The position numbers and the translations under genes are program-made. A stretch of 64,000 nucleotides of DNA. Source: Actinomycetota bacterium (GTDB taxonomy: Bacteria; Actinomycetota; Thermoleophilia; Solirubrobacterales; 70-9). The stretch spans positions 17,123 to 81,122 of the forward strand of contig JBKPND010000029.1 in the NCBI GenBank assembly GCA_046732465.1, written 5' to 3'. Under the pieces are notes generated by a model, which worked only from the letters and a program-made list of their open reading frames with translations, searched no databases and was not told where the DNA came from. Of this stretch, positions 43,355 through 53,109 are shown piece after piece. The first letter of the stretch is position 1. Each line of letters opens with the position of its first letter.

Positions 43355-46213
43355 ATGCCGTCACGGGGCTCGTTGATTGGCCGTGACGAGGAGCTCGGCG
43401 GTCTCAGGGAGCGGTTGCGAGACGCGCTAAGAGGGGAGGGCACGCTCGTCCTTGTGTCCGGGGAGGCCGGCGTCGGCAAGACCCGACTGCTCGATCAGCT
43501 CTGCGCGGACACCAAGGCGCCCGTGCTTCGCGGCGCCGCCCAGCAGGGGACCACGCCGGCCTATGGCCCGGTGGTCGCTGCTCTGCGGTCCGCCCTCCGC
43601 GCCGACCCCGACGCGCTTCGCGACTGCGGCCCTCTCGGCGAGCAGCTGCGCGTCCTCCTGCCCGAGCTGGGCCCGGCACCCGAGAACGTGGACGGCGCGA
43701 CGCTGCAGGAGGCGCTGCGCGGCGCGTTCGCCGCGGTGGCCGAGGACGTCGGGGCGCTCGTCGTCCTCGACGACCTGCAGTGGTCGGACGCCGCGACGCT
43801 TGAGTTCCTTGCCGAGGTGGCGCCGACCCTCGAGGGCCTTCCTGTGCTGATCGTCGCCGCCTATCGCTCCGACGAGCTCGCCCGCGATCACCCGCTGCGC
43901 CGGACGCGAAACGAGCTGCGCCGGAAGCGCGCCCTCACCGAGGTCACGCTCGGCCGCTTCGATGAGGCGGGGACGGGCGGCATCCTGGAGGAGGTCCTGG
44001 GCTCGTCGGCGGCGCGGCCGCTGGTGCGAACCGTCCATGACCGCTCGCAGGGCCTGCCCTTCTTCGTCGAGGAGCTCGGCACTGCGCTGCAGGCGGAGGG
44101 CCGGCTTCAGCAGGGGAAGGCGGGGCTGGAGCTCGGGGAGGGGAGCGAGGTATCGGTTCCGGAGACGGTGCGCGACGCGGTGCTGCTGCGCTGCGCGGAC
44201 CTCTCGCCCGCCGGGCGGGACGCGGCCGAGGTCGCCGCAGTCGCCGGTCAGCACTTCTCCTTCGAGCCGGTCGTGGAGCTGGCCGACGATGCCGGTGTCG
44301 GCGAGCTCCTCGAACGGGGCCTGATTGCCGAATCGGGCGCGGGCGCCGGGGAGTTCCGTCACGCCCTGGTCCGCGACGCTCTCTACGGCGACATCCCGTG
44401 GCTGCGGCGGCGCGGCTTGCACCGCGAGCTCGCCGAGCGCCTCCAGGCCGCGGGCGCGCCGAGCGTGGAGCTGGCGGCGCAGTGGTCCGGCGCCAAGGAC
44501 GAGGCTCGCGCCCGGGAGAGCTACCTGCGGGCGGCGGAGGACTTCGCGGCCGTCCGTGCCTTCCGCGACGCGGTGGCGATGACGCGCCACGCCCTGGAGC
44601 TTTGGCCGGAGAACGAGGCACTCGACGAGCGGCTCGCCACCCTCGAGAAGCACGGGGCGTGGTCCGAGCTCGCCGGCGACCTGCCCGAGGCGGCCCGGAG
44701 CTGGCGGGAGGTGAGCGAGCTGTGCGCGGAGGACCCGGCGGGGCTGGGAGCCGCCCAGCGCCGCCTGGGCCGCATCTTCGCCCTCCAGGGCGATCGCGCG
44801 GGAGCGATCGAGGCCTTCTCCGCCGCCGCCGACGCTTCGGCCGGCGACGACCCGGCTGTGGCGGCGGGCGATCGTCTGGCCGCGGCCGATTACCTGCAGT
44901 TCGGCGGGCGCCACGCGGAGTCGCTCGAGCTGATCCGCCAGGCTGCTAGTGAGGCAGGCGCCGCGCAGCGGCTCGACCTGCAGGCGCGGGCCCTGGCGGC
45001 GGAGGGGGTCGTAATGGCGAAGCGGGGCGAGTTCGACCCGGGGGTCGACCTGGTGAAGAGGGGACTGAGCTTGGCGCTCGAGCACGGTCTGAGCGCCGAG
45101 GCGATTGACGCCTACCAGCGGCTCGGCACGGCGCTGGAGACGTCCGGCGACTACAGCGGCGCGGAGGACGCCCTGACCAGCGCGCTCGACCTCTGCGAGG
45201 TCTCGGGGGAACGGGATCCCGAGGCCGGCTGCGTCGCCTGCATGGCCTACGTGGTCCGGGAGCTTGGCGAGTGGAAGCGGGCGAGCGAGATCTCGAAGGA
45301 GCTGATCGACACTCACGAGGGAGACGGCGTGCGCACGATCGGCGACGGGGTCCTGGGATTCGTACGCGCGTTCCGCGGCGAGCTCGGGCCGGCTCGCAAG
45401 ACGCTCTCGGCGGGCCTGCAGCTGGCCAGGCGGCTCGACGTCTTCTCGATGCAGGTCGACTGCGCCTCCTCGCTCGCCGTCGTCGCCGACTACGACGGTG
45501 ACCCCGAGGGCGCTCTCGAGCAATGCCGCTTCGTCGTCTCGCGCTGGGAGGAGAGCGAGGACCACCACTACGCGATCTGGGGCCTGCGCCTCGCGGCTCT
45601 GCTCTTCGCCCAGGCTGGATCGACCGAAGAGGCGCACGCCGCGGCGAAGGCGCTCACCCGGATCGCCGACGACTCCGGCCATCCGGACGCGCTGGCGGCC
45701 CTCGCGCACGCGCTGGGGGAGATCGCCCTCGTCGACGGTGAGCCCGAGCTCGCCGCCGAGCAGATCAACCGCGCGGTCGAGCTCCACGCCTCGCTGCGGA
45801 TCCCGGCCGAGCGCGCGCAGATCCTGCACCGTGCGGGGATCGCGCTGTCCGCGGCGGGCGACCGCGAGCTGGCGATCGAGCGCCACGCCGAGGCCTACCG
45901 GCTCGCCCGCAACCTCGGGGCACGCCCCCTGGCCGGGAGGGCCGCGGCGGCCATCGAGGATCTCGGGGAGTCAGCCGAGCAGCGCCTCGGTCGAACGGCC
46001 ACCGACGGAGCGGGGAGCCAGCTCTCCCGCCGCGAGCTCGAGGTGCTGCGGCTGGTCGCCGAGGGGCTCACGAATCGCGAGATCGCCGAACAGCTCTTCC
46101 TCAGCCCGCGCACGGTCGACATGCACGTGCGGAACATCCTCTCCAAGTTCGATGTCCGCTCGCGGGTGGAGGCGAGCATCAAGGCCGGAGAGGCCGGCCT
46201 CCTGAACACCTGA
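43355..46213 (+). CDS. Large ATP-binding LuxR-family regulator (LAL/MalT-like: AAA + TPR-like + LuxR HTH)
   Basis: Walker A is [12 protein letters not shown] long helical repeat region follows. The C-terminus reads [43 protein letters not shown]. The start is set at ATG 43355. Confidence 0.85.
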   Translation: MPSRGSLIGRDEELGGLRERLRDALRGEGTLVLVSGEAGVGKTRLLDQLCADTKAPVLRGAAQQGTTPAYGPVVAALRSALRADPDALRDCGPLGEQLRVLLPELGPAPENVDGATLQEALRGAFAAVAEDVGALVVLDDLQWSDAATLEFLAEVAPTLEGLPVLIVAAYRSDELARDHPLRRTRNELRRKRALTEVTLGRFDEAGTGGILEEVLGSSAARPLVRTVHDRSQGLPFFVEELGTALQAEGRLQQGKAGLELGEGSEVSVPETVRDAVLLRCADLSPAGRDAAEVAAVAGQHFSFEPVVELADDAGVGELLERGLIAESGAGAGEFRHALVRDALYGDIPWLRRRGLHRELAERLQAAGAPSVELAAQWSGAKDEARARESYLRAAEDFAAVRAFRDAVAMTRHALELWPENEALDERLATLEKHGAWSELAGDLPEAARSWREVSELCAEDPAGLGAAQRRLGRIFALQGDRAGAIEAFSAAADASAGDDPAVAAGDRLAAADYLQFGGRHAESLELIRQAASEAGAAQRLDLQARALAAEGVVMAKRGEFDPGVDLVKRGLSLALEHGLSAEAIDAYQRLGTALETSGDYSGAEDALTSALDLCEVSGERDPEAGCVACMAYVVRELGEWKRASEISKELIDTHEGDGVRTIGDGVLGFVRAFRGELGPARKTLSAGLQLARRLDVFSMQVDCASSLAVVADYDGDPEGALEQCRFVVSRWEESEDHHYAIWGLRLAALLFAQAGSTEEAHAAAKALTRIADDSGHPDALAALAHALGEIALVDGEPELAAEQINRAVELHASLRIPAERAQILHRAGIALSAAGDRELAIERHAEAYRLARNLGARPLAGRAAAAIEDLGESAEQRLGRTATDGAGSQLSRRELEVLRLVAEGLTNREIAEQLFLSPRTVDMHVRNILSKFDVRSRVEASIKAGEAGLLNT

Positions 46214-46237
46214 CGCGGGTGACGTAAGGTCGCCCGC

Positions 46238-47521
46238 ATGGGGCCAGATCAGACCCAGGGGACATGGGTCCCGGGCGCCGACGGCTCCGGGTTCGGGATC
46301 GAGCATCTCCCCTTCGGAGTTGTCCGCGCCCGGGGAGGGCCGCCGCGGGCCGCGGTCCGGGTCGGTGACAACGCCGTAGTGCTCGAGGCGCTGGCATCGG
46401 CGGGCCTGCTGGATTCCGTCGGGTCCGATGCCGGGGCGCTCCGGCGGGCGCTCGAGGCGCCGACCCTCAATCCCCTGCTCGCGCTCGGGCGTCCCGCCTG
46501 GTCCGGTCTGCGCGGGCGCCTGATCGAGCTGCTCGGCACCGGAAACACCGAGGTCGCGGACGCGGGCATCGCGGAGGGCGCGCTCGTGCCGCTCGCCGAG
46601 GCCGAGGAGCTGCTGCCGGTCGAGGTCGGCGACTTCGTCGACTTCTACTCCTCGATCGAGCACGCCTCGAATGTGGGCAGGCTCGTGCGACCCGATGACG
46701 AGCCGCTCTTCCCGAACTGGCGCCATCACCCTGTCGGCTACCACGGCCGCGCGGCCAACCTGGTGGTCAGTGGCACCCGGATCTCCCGCCCGGTCGGTCA
46801 GATCGGGCCCGAGAGGCCCGGAGAGGACCCCGCGTACGGGCCCGAACCCCTGCTCGACTTCGAGCTCGAGCTCGGCTTCGTGTGCGGCGCTGGCCCGGAG
46901 GACGGTGGACCGATCCGTCCCGACGCGGCGGCCGAGCGCATCTTCGGCTTCGCGCTCGTCAACGACTGGAGCGCCCGCTCCATCCAGGCCTGGGAGTACC
47001 GGCCGCTCGGCCCGTTCCTCGGCAAGGCGTTCGCCACCTCGATCGGGGCCTGGATCACCCCGCTCGAGGCGCTCGAGCCCTTTCGGGTGCCGGGCCCCGA
47101 GCACGAGCCCGCGCCGCTGCCCTACCTGCGCGCCGAGGGCCACTGGTCGCTCGACCTCGACCTGGAGGTGGCGCTGGTGCCCAACGGGTCCGGCGAGGGC
47201 GAGACGATCACCCGGACGACTGCCCGCGACCTCTACTGGAGCGCGGCGCAGCAGCTTGCGCACGTCATCGCCGGCGGCGCGGCCGTACGTGCCGGTGACC
47301 TGTTCGCCTCCGGGACGATCTCGGGCTCGGATCCCGGCACGAAGGGCTGCTTGCTGGAGCTCACCCGTGCCGGCCAGCAGCCGCTGCGGGTGGGCGAGGT
47401 CGAGCGAACCTTCCTAGAGGACGGCGACGAGGTCGTCCTCAGAGGGGCGGGAGCCCCCGGCGAGGGTCGGCCCGCGATCACGCTCGCAGAGGTGAGCGGC
47501 CGTGTCGTGCCCGCCTCCTGA
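46238..47521 (+). CDS. fahA: Fumarylacetoacetase
   Basis: At 427 aa the size fits. An N-terminal FGIEHLPFGV and a C-terminal FAH-fold region (GDLFASGTISG) are present, and the gene is adjacent to hmgA and hppD. Confidence 0.85.
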   Translation: MGPDQTQGTWVPGADGSGFGIEHLPFGVVRARGGPPRAAVRVGDNAVVLEALASAGLLDSVGSDAGALRRALEAPTLNPLLALGRPAWSGLRGRLIELLGTGNTEVADAGIAEGALVPLAEAEELLPVEVGDFVDFYSSIEHASNVGRLVRPDDEPLFPNWRHHPVGYHGRAANLVVSGTRISRPVGQIGPERPGEDPAYGPEPLLDFELELGFVCGAGPEDGGPIRPDAAAERIFGFALVNDWSARSIQAWEYRPLGPFLGKAFATSIGAWITPLEALEPFRVPGPEHEPAPLPYLRAEGHWSLDLDLEVALVPNGSGEGETITRTTARDLYWSAAQQLAHVIAGGAAVRAGDLFASGTISGSDPGTKGCLLELTRAGQQPLRVGEVERTFLEDGDEVVLRGAGAPGEGRPAITLAEVSGRVVPAS

Positions 47522-47568
47522 GCGTCGGCGCCGCCGCGCGGCGCAGTAGCGACCCGACTGGTCCGTGA

Positions 47569-48753
47569 CTAGCCGGTTGTGCTCTGCGCCACGGGCGACG
47601 GCGCGCCTTCACGCCATGAATAGGCGTACGCCGGGTCATCGAGCTCCCGGGCGAACGTCGTCAGCTTCATCGGCGCGAATGTGTCCCACATGACCGCCAG
47701 CTCCTCGGTGCGCCTGGCTCCGAGGGCCTTCTCGACCAGGCCAGGTTGCGGTCCGTGGGGCAGTCCGGAGGGGTGGACGGTGATCGAGCCCACCTCGATC
47801 CCCTTCCTGGAGCCGAACTCGCCGGAGACGTAATAGATCATCTCCTCCGACTGCAGGTTGGAGTGGTGATAGGGGAGGGGGACCGCTTCGGGGTCGTAGT
47901 CGAGCTCGCGCGGGCAGAACGAGCAGACCACGAAGTTCGGGCCCTGGAACGTCTGGTGCGTCGGCGGCGGCAGATGGATCCGCCCCGTCCGCGGCTCGAA
48001 GTCGTGGACGTTGAACGTGTAGGGGTACACGTAGCCGTCCCAGCCGACGACGTCGAGCGGGTGGTAGTCGAGCCGGTATCGCTGGAGACCACCGCGAACC
48101 CGGAGGATGAGATCGAACTCACCCTCCTCGCGATGTGTCTCCAGCTCCACCGGTGGGTGCAGATCGCGGTGCGAGAACGGCGCCGACTCGAGCAGCTGGC
48201 CGTAGCGGTTCCGGTAGCGGTTCGGCGTCTCGATCTCCCCTGGTGTGTGGAGCACCAGCATCAGCTGCTGGTCGTCCTCGAACCGGAAGCGATAGGTCGT
48301 GCCGCGGGGGATGACGATGTAGTCGTGCTGCCGGTAGGGGAGGGTGCCGAACACGGTCTCGATCTCGCCCGAGCCCTCGTGCACGAAGATCAGCTCGTCG
48401 CCCTCGCCGTTCCGGTAGAAGGCCTCGGTCTCCTCGGTCGGGCGGCAGATCGAGGACTCGAGATCCTTGTTCCACATCAGGCAGCGGCGCCCCGTGATCG
48501 GGTCGCCCTCCGCCGGGATGCCGCCGGTCTCGAGATGGCGGTGGACGTGAGCGTCGGGCACCCACTCCTCGTGGGCCATCGGCTCGAATTCACCGGCCTC
48601 GAGGATCCGGCAGGGGGAGGTGTGGTGGTAGAGGATCGACTCGTTCCCCGAGAAGCCCTCGAGTCCCATCACCTCCTCGACGAGCAGGCGGCCGTTGGTG
48701 CGGAACTGGGTGTGCCGCTTGTGCGGCAGGTCTCCGAGCCGGTGGTACCTCAC
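47569..48753 (-). CDS. hmgA: Homogentisate 1,2-dioxygenase
   Basis: The size and motifs of short bacterial HGO are present (FSGNESILYHH, ..HPSGLPHGP). It overlaps the hppD stop by 4 nt. Confidence 0.85.
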   Translation of the reverse strand: MRYHRLGDLPHKRHTQFRTNGRLLVEEVMGLEGFSGNESILYHHTSPCRILEAGEFEPMAHEEWVPDAHVHRHLETGGIPAEGDPITGRRCLMWNKDLESSICRPTEETEAFYRNGEGDELIFVHEGSGEIETVFGTLPYRQHDYIVIPRGTTYRFRFEDDQQLMLVLHTPGEIETPNRYRNRYGQLLESAPFSHRDLHPPVELETHREEGEFDLILRVRGGLQRYRLDYHPLDVVGWDGYVYPYTFNVHDFEPRTGRIHLPPPTHQTFQGPNFVVCSFCPRELDYDPEAVPLPYHHSNLQSEEMIYYVSGEFGSRKGIEVGSITVHPSGLPHGPQPGLVEKALGARRTEELAVMWDTFAPMKLTTFARELDDPAYAYSWREGAPSPVAQSTTG

Positions 48754-49889
48754 AGGTTCCCCCTCCTCTCCTGCTCGCGCTCGATCGCCTCGAACAGGGC
48801 CTTGAAGTTGCCCTCGCCGAAGCCGCGAGCCCCGTGCCGCTCGATCACCTCGATGAAGAGCGTGGGGCGGTTCGAGAGCGGCTTGCCGAAGATCTGGAGC
48901 AGATAGCCCTCGTCGTCGCGGTCGGCGAGGATGCCGAGTTCACCGAGGTCGCCGATGTCCTCGTCGATCTCCCCGATCCGCTCCGGCAGCTCCTGGTAGT
49001 AGCTCTCGGGCGTCCTCAGGAAGTGGACGCCGCGATTCTGGAGCTCGCGGACGGTGCCGACGATGTCGGTGGTGGCGAGGGCGATGTGCTGGACGCCCGG
49101 GCCGCCGTAGAACTCGAGGTACTCCTCGATCTGCGACTTGCGCTGCCCCTCGGCGGGCTCGTTGATCGGGAATTTGATCCTGCCCTTGCCGTCGGCCATC
49201 ACCTTCGACATCAGGGCGGAGTACTCCGTGGAGATGTCCTCGTCCGAGAACCGGATCATCTCGGTGAAGCCGAAGACCCGCTCGTAGTACTCCACCCACT
49301 CCTCCATCCGGCCGAGCTCGACGTTCCCCACGACGTGGTCGATGCCCGCAAAGAACTCGCCCTCGGTCCCGCCCTCGACCGGCTCGAAGCCCGGCAGGAA
49401 GCCGTCGTAGCCATCTCGCTCGACGAAGGTGTGGACGGTCTCGCCGTAGGTGGCGATGGTCGCCAGCTTGACCGCACCGCGCTCGTCGGACTCCTCGTGC
49501 GGCTCCTCGAGCCCACGGGCGCCGCGGCGAACCGCGACCCGGTAGGCGTCCTCGGCGTCGGGGACCGCCAGGGCGACCACCTTGACGCCGTCACCGTGCT
49601 CTGAGATGTGGCGGGCGATCTCGTTGCTGCCGTGCATAGGCGTGGTGAGGAGGAAGCGGATTCGGCCCTGCTCGACCAGATGGCTGGCCCGGTCCCGCAT
49701 CCCGGTCTCCAGCCCGGCGTAGGCGGTCTCGCGGAAGCCGAGCGCGTGGGTGAAGTAGTGGGTCGCCTGGACGCCGTTGCCAACGTAGAGCTCGATGTGG
49801 TCGATGCCGAGCAGCGGCATCTCGTCGTTCTTCGGGACCGGCGGCGCGACCGTGCGGGCGCCCGGGAGTTGTGTGGTCTTGACCTCCAT
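48750..49889 (-). CDS. hppD: 4-hydroxyphenylpyruvate dioxygenase
   Basis: GIDHIELYVGN, GPGVQHIALAT and the C-terminal FGEGNFKALFEAIE match HppD. Confidence 0.9.
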   Translation of the reverse strand: MEVKTTQLPGARTVAPPVPKNDEMPLLGIDHIELYVGNGVQATHYFTHALGFRETAYAGLETGMRDRASHLVEQGRIRFLLTTPMHGSNEIARHISEHGDGVKVVALAVPDAEDAYRVAVRRGARGLEEPHEESDERGAVKLATIATYGETVHTFVERDGYDGFLPGFEPVEGGTEGEFFAGIDHVVGNVELGRMEEWVEYYERVFGFTEMIRFSDEDISTEYSALMSKVMADGKGRIKFPINEPAEGQRKSQIEEYLEFYGGPGVQHIALATTDIVGTVRELQNRGVHFLRTPESYYQELPERIGEIDEDIGDLGELGILADRDDEGYLLQIFGKPLSNRPTLFIEVIERHGARGFGEGNFKALFEAIEREQERRGNL

Positions 49890-49905
49890 CGCTCTCCTCC
49901 TGTTG

Positions 49906-49980
49906 AACGAATCCCTTGCGAAGCGCGCGGGTCGAACTTATGATTCCCGCGCAAGGAGAGGTTCACAAGCCCGATTCGTT
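49906..49980. promoter_or_regulatory. Nested inverted repeats in the hppD / lrp divergent region
   Basis: AACGAATC (49906-13) pairs with GATTCGTT (49973-80). CCTTGCG (49914-20) pairs with CGCAAGG (49950-56). CGCGGG pairs with CCCGCG around an AT-richer loop. Confidence 0.4.
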
Positions 49981-49997
49981 GCGTGGTCGGCCCGAAA

Positions 49998-50483
49998 ATG
50001 GCGATCTCCGACAAGACAGACGAACAGATCGTTGCGCTGCTCCGCGAGAACGCCCGTCGCTCCTATGAGGACATCGGCAAGCGGGTCTCGCTCTCGGCGC
50101 CCGCCGTGAAGCGGCGCGTCGATCGGCTCGAGGCCGACGGAGTGATTCGCGGCTACACCGCGACGATCGAGCCGACGGCCTTCGGCTGGCACAGCCACGC
50201 CTTCGTCGAGCTCTTCTGCGAGGGGCGGATCTCCGGTGCCGAGGTGAGCGCCGCGGTCTCCAAGCATCCCGAGGTCGAGGGCGCCTACACGGTCGCCGGC
50301 GGCGCGAGCGCGATCCTGCACGTCCGCGCCGCCGACACCCAGCACCTCGAGGAGGCGCTCGAGCGGATCAGGGAGACGCCCGGCGTCCTCCGGACCCAGA
50401 CGCAGGTTGTGCTCTCCACGCTCTTCGAGCGCCCGGTCACGAACGGGCGCCTCATTCCGAAGAAGACCGGCAAGCGGCGCTGA
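49998..50483 (+). CDS. Lrp/AsnC-family transcriptional regulator
   Basis: DEQIVALLRENARRSYEDIGKRVSLSAPAVKRRVDRLEADGVIRGYTA forms the HTH, and an AsnC-type C-terminal domain follows. Confidence 0.9.
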   Translation: MAISDKTDEQIVALLRENARRSYEDIGKRVSLSAPAVKRRVDRLEADGVIRGYTATIEPTAFGWHSHAFVELFCEGRISGAEVSAAVSKHPEVEGAYTVAGGASAILHVRAADTQHLEEALERIRETPGVLRTQTQVVLSTLFERPVTNGRLIPKKTGKRR

Positions 50484-50608
50484 CGGGGAGGAGAGTCGTC
50501 GACCAGGTAAGCGACCTGAAGCTTCAGCACCTCGTCGAGCTCTCCAAGCTGGGGGACGGCTGCGCCCAGCTCGAGGCCGACCTCGAGGCCTGGCTCGCCG
50601 CCAACGAC

Positions 50609-51928
50609 GTGGTCTTCGCCGGGCACACGATCCCATTCGTGCTGATGCCGCACTTCGTCAGCCCGCGGCAGATCCGCCACGTGCGCCGGGCGGTCGAGTC
50701 GCTCTGCGCGATCCTGAACCGATTCTGCGAGGCCTACCCCGAGGACGAGCGCCTCCAGGAGGAGCTCGCGCTCCCCTCCTTCGAGGACTCGCTGGTCCGG
50801 GTCGGCCCCGGCTACCCCGGGCCGCTTCGGATCTGCCGCCTGGACGCCTTTCTCGCGGGTGACACGGTCAAGTTCCTCGAGTTCAACGCCGACTCGCCGG
50901 CCGGCATCGGCTACACCGACGTGCTCCACGAGGGGCTCAGGCGGACGATCGCCCTGCCGCGGGTGGAGGGCGAGTTCGACACCGCCTACGAGCCGATGCT
51001 GCCCGTGCTCATCGAGACCCTGCGCGACGCGTATCGGTCCATGCGCGACGCGCGGCGAGAGGGGCCTGAGCTCCCCGAATCACCGCGGCTGGCCTTGGTT
51101 GACGTCCCGGACAGCCCCTCGGTGCCGGAGTTCCGGATCATCTGCGCCGCCGCGTCGAGGGAGGGGATCGAGGCCGTCCACGCGACCACCGACCAGCTCG
51201 CCTACGACGGCTCGGTGCTGCGGGCGGACGGCGAGCCGGTGCACCTCGTCTACCGGCGCGCCCTGATCGACGACCTCTCCGAGGGCGACCTGACCGCCGC
51301 CTACCGAGACGGGGCGACCTGCGTCGTCAACCCGCCGCCCGCCCGGGTGGCGAACAACAAGAAGCTGATGGCCCTGCTCGAGGATCCCCGGTTCGCGCAT
51401 CTGATCGAGCCGCGCGAGGCGGAGGTGATCGCCGCCACCGTCCCCTGGACTCGGATCCTGCGCCCGGGGCGTGTGAGCTACGGCCAGTGGACCGTCGACC
51501 TGCTCGATTTCGTCTCGAACAACCGGTCGCGCCTGGTGCTGAAGCCGGCCTCCGAGTACGGCGGCCACGACGTCGCCCTCGGGATCGAGACAGAGCAGAG
51601 CGAGTGGGACGGGATCATCGAAGAGCACGCCGAGGCGGGGGACTTCATCGTCCAGGAGTACGTGCCCGTGCCCGAGGAGATGTTCCCGACGGTCGAGGAC
51701 GGGCACGTGCAGATGCGCCTCAAGCGCTTCAACATCAACCCGTTCGGGATCGGCGGGCGCTACGCCGGGATGATCACCAGGATCTCCGACCGGGCCGTGA
51801 TCAACGTCTCCGCCGGCGGCGGGCTGCTGCCGAGCGTGGTCGGGCGCCACAAGCGACGTTTGCTCGCCGAGCGGGAGGGTGATGAGGAACTTCGAGAGGA
51901 GGAGGGCTCGACACATGGCACGCCCTGA
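50609..51928 (+). CDS. Glutathionylspermidine-synthase-like (pre-ATP-grasp / ATP-grasp) amide ligase family protein
   Basis: RLDAFLAGDTVKFLEFNADSPAG, NNKKLMALLEDP, LVLKPASEYGGHDV and FIVQEYV match the family. The open frame continues 126 nt upstream without a canonical start. Confidence 0.65.
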   Translation: MVFAGHTIPFVLMPHFVSPRQIRHVRRAVESLCAILNRFCEAYPEDERLQEELALPSFEDSLVRVGPGYPGPLRICRLDAFLAGDTVKFLEFNADSPAGIGYTDVLHEGLRRTIALPRVEGEFDTAYEPMLPVLIETLRDAYRSMRDARREGPELPESPRLALVDVPDSPSVPEFRIICAAASREGIEAVHATTDQLAYDGSVLRADGEPVHLVYRRALIDDLSEGDLTAAYRDGATCVVNPPPARVANNKKLMALLEDPRFAHLIEPREAEVIAATVPWTRILRPGRVSYGQWTVDLLDFVSNNRSRLVLKPASEYGGHDVALGIETEQSEWDGIIEEHAEAGDFIVQEYVPVPEEMFPTVEDGHVQMRLKRFNINPFGIGGRYAGMITRISDRAVINVSAGGGLLPSVVGRHKRRLLAEREGDEELREEEGSTHGTP

Positions 51929-53102
51929 CCAGCTCCGCCTCGGCTACGACGTGGACGAGAACGCGATCCGGTTCTCGAATTACTTTCACCTGCTCCGGGA
52001 GCTGGTGCATCTCTCGGCCGGCTGGCTGCCCCTCGCGCCGGACTTCGACGTCAAGTACGCGCTCGGGGACCACCTCCACGACGACGCCAGGGCGGTGACC
52101 AAGATCCGCCGGCGACTCTACGAGCTCCGCCACCCCAGCGACTACCCCGGCGCCCCGGCGGAGGAGCTGGAGGAGCTGCTCGATCGCCTCGGCTCGGCGG
52201 AGACTCCCGCCGAGTACGTCGCCCTCGCCTACGGGGAGGCGAAGCCGGCCCTGCTGCGGGCCTTCCAGATCCACCTCGAGCACCTCGACCCGGTCTCCGA
52301 CGAGCCCTCCCTCCGGCTGCTCACGCAGCTCGCCACGCGCCAGGAGCGCCACCTCTCCGAGCTCGGCCCGGGTCCCGACGGGCCGCTGCCGGTGATCGAC
52401 GACCTCGGCGCGCTCCCGATCCAGCTCAAGACCGAGCCTCGGGAACTCCACGTGCTGCCGCCACTCGAGGAGCCGGCCCGCGACGACTTCGTCGAGGTGA
52501 CCGCCGAGGGCGACCCCTTCCTGGCTCGCGAGCTCTACGTCAACGACCCCGAGGAGAACCACGTCCCGGTCGAGCCCGAGGAGCAACGCCACTTCTTCCA
52601 CGCGCTGATGGACGCGGAGATCTGTGCCGCGGAGCTGATGGCCCGCAACTCGCACGAGCACCCGGAGATGCCCTGGGACTTCCACGTCGACATGGCGCGC
52701 CAGACCTGGGACGAGATGCGGCACGCCAAGCTGCACTCACTGCTGATGCCGAAGGAGCTCGGCTGCGCCTGGGGCGACTACCCGGTCGGCTTCGCCTACT
52801 TCCGCTCGGTCTACGCCCACGACCTGCTCGAGCGCCTCGCCCTGTTCAACTCGACCTCCGAGCAGAAGGCCATGTGGCGCCACTCGCACCGGCGCAAGGT
52901 GCTGGTCGAGCGCGGGCAGGAGCAGATCGCGCAGGTCTTCGACTACCTGCTTGCCGACGAGGTCCCCCACGTCCACAACGGAACCCGCTGGGGCACCCAC
53001 CTCTGCGGCGGCGACGAGGCCGCCTACAAGCGCAAGATCCGCGAGCTCCGCGAGGGCCTCGACGAGACCGGCGCGCCGGCCGGCGAGCCGCAGGCGGCCT
53101 GA
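51915..53102 (+). CDS. Ferritin-like (di-iron carboxylate) domain protein
   Basis: There are two ExxH motifs (WDEMRH, ADEVPH) plus upstream acidic helices (DAEICAAE). It overlaps the ligase gene by 14 nt. Confidence 0.6.
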   Translation: MARPDQLRLGYDVDENAIRFSNYFHLLRELVHLSAGWLPLAPDFDVKYALGDHLHDDARAVTKIRRRLYELRHPSDYPGAPAEELEELLDRLGSAETPAEYVALAYGEAKPALLRAFQIHLEHLDPVSDEPSLRLLTQLATRQERHLSELGPGPDGPLPVIDDLGALPIQLKTEPRELHVLPPLEEPARDDFVEVTAEGDPFLARELYVNDPEENHVPVEPEEQRHFFHALMDAEICAAELMARNSHEHPEMPWDFHVDMARQTWDEMRHAKLHSLLMPKELGCAWGDYPVGFAYFRSVYAHDLLERLALFNSTSEQKAMWRHSHRRKVLVERGQEQIAQVFDYLLADEVPHVHNGTRWGTHLCGGDEAAYKRKIRELREGLDETGAPAGEPQAA

Positions 53103-53109
53103 GCCGGGT

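Noticed and set aside
43427-45886. An 819-aa ORF lies antisense to the LuxR/LAL gene. Similar long shadow ORFs occur at 45971-47263, 47746-48906, 40128-41411, 41463-42755, 39440-40684, 53384-54424 and 30352-31443.
   Set aside because: These are Arg/Pro/Gly/Ala-rich junk translations opposite to, or out of frame with, genes that carry clear family motifs. This is the typical artefact of stop-codon-poor, very GC-rich DNA.
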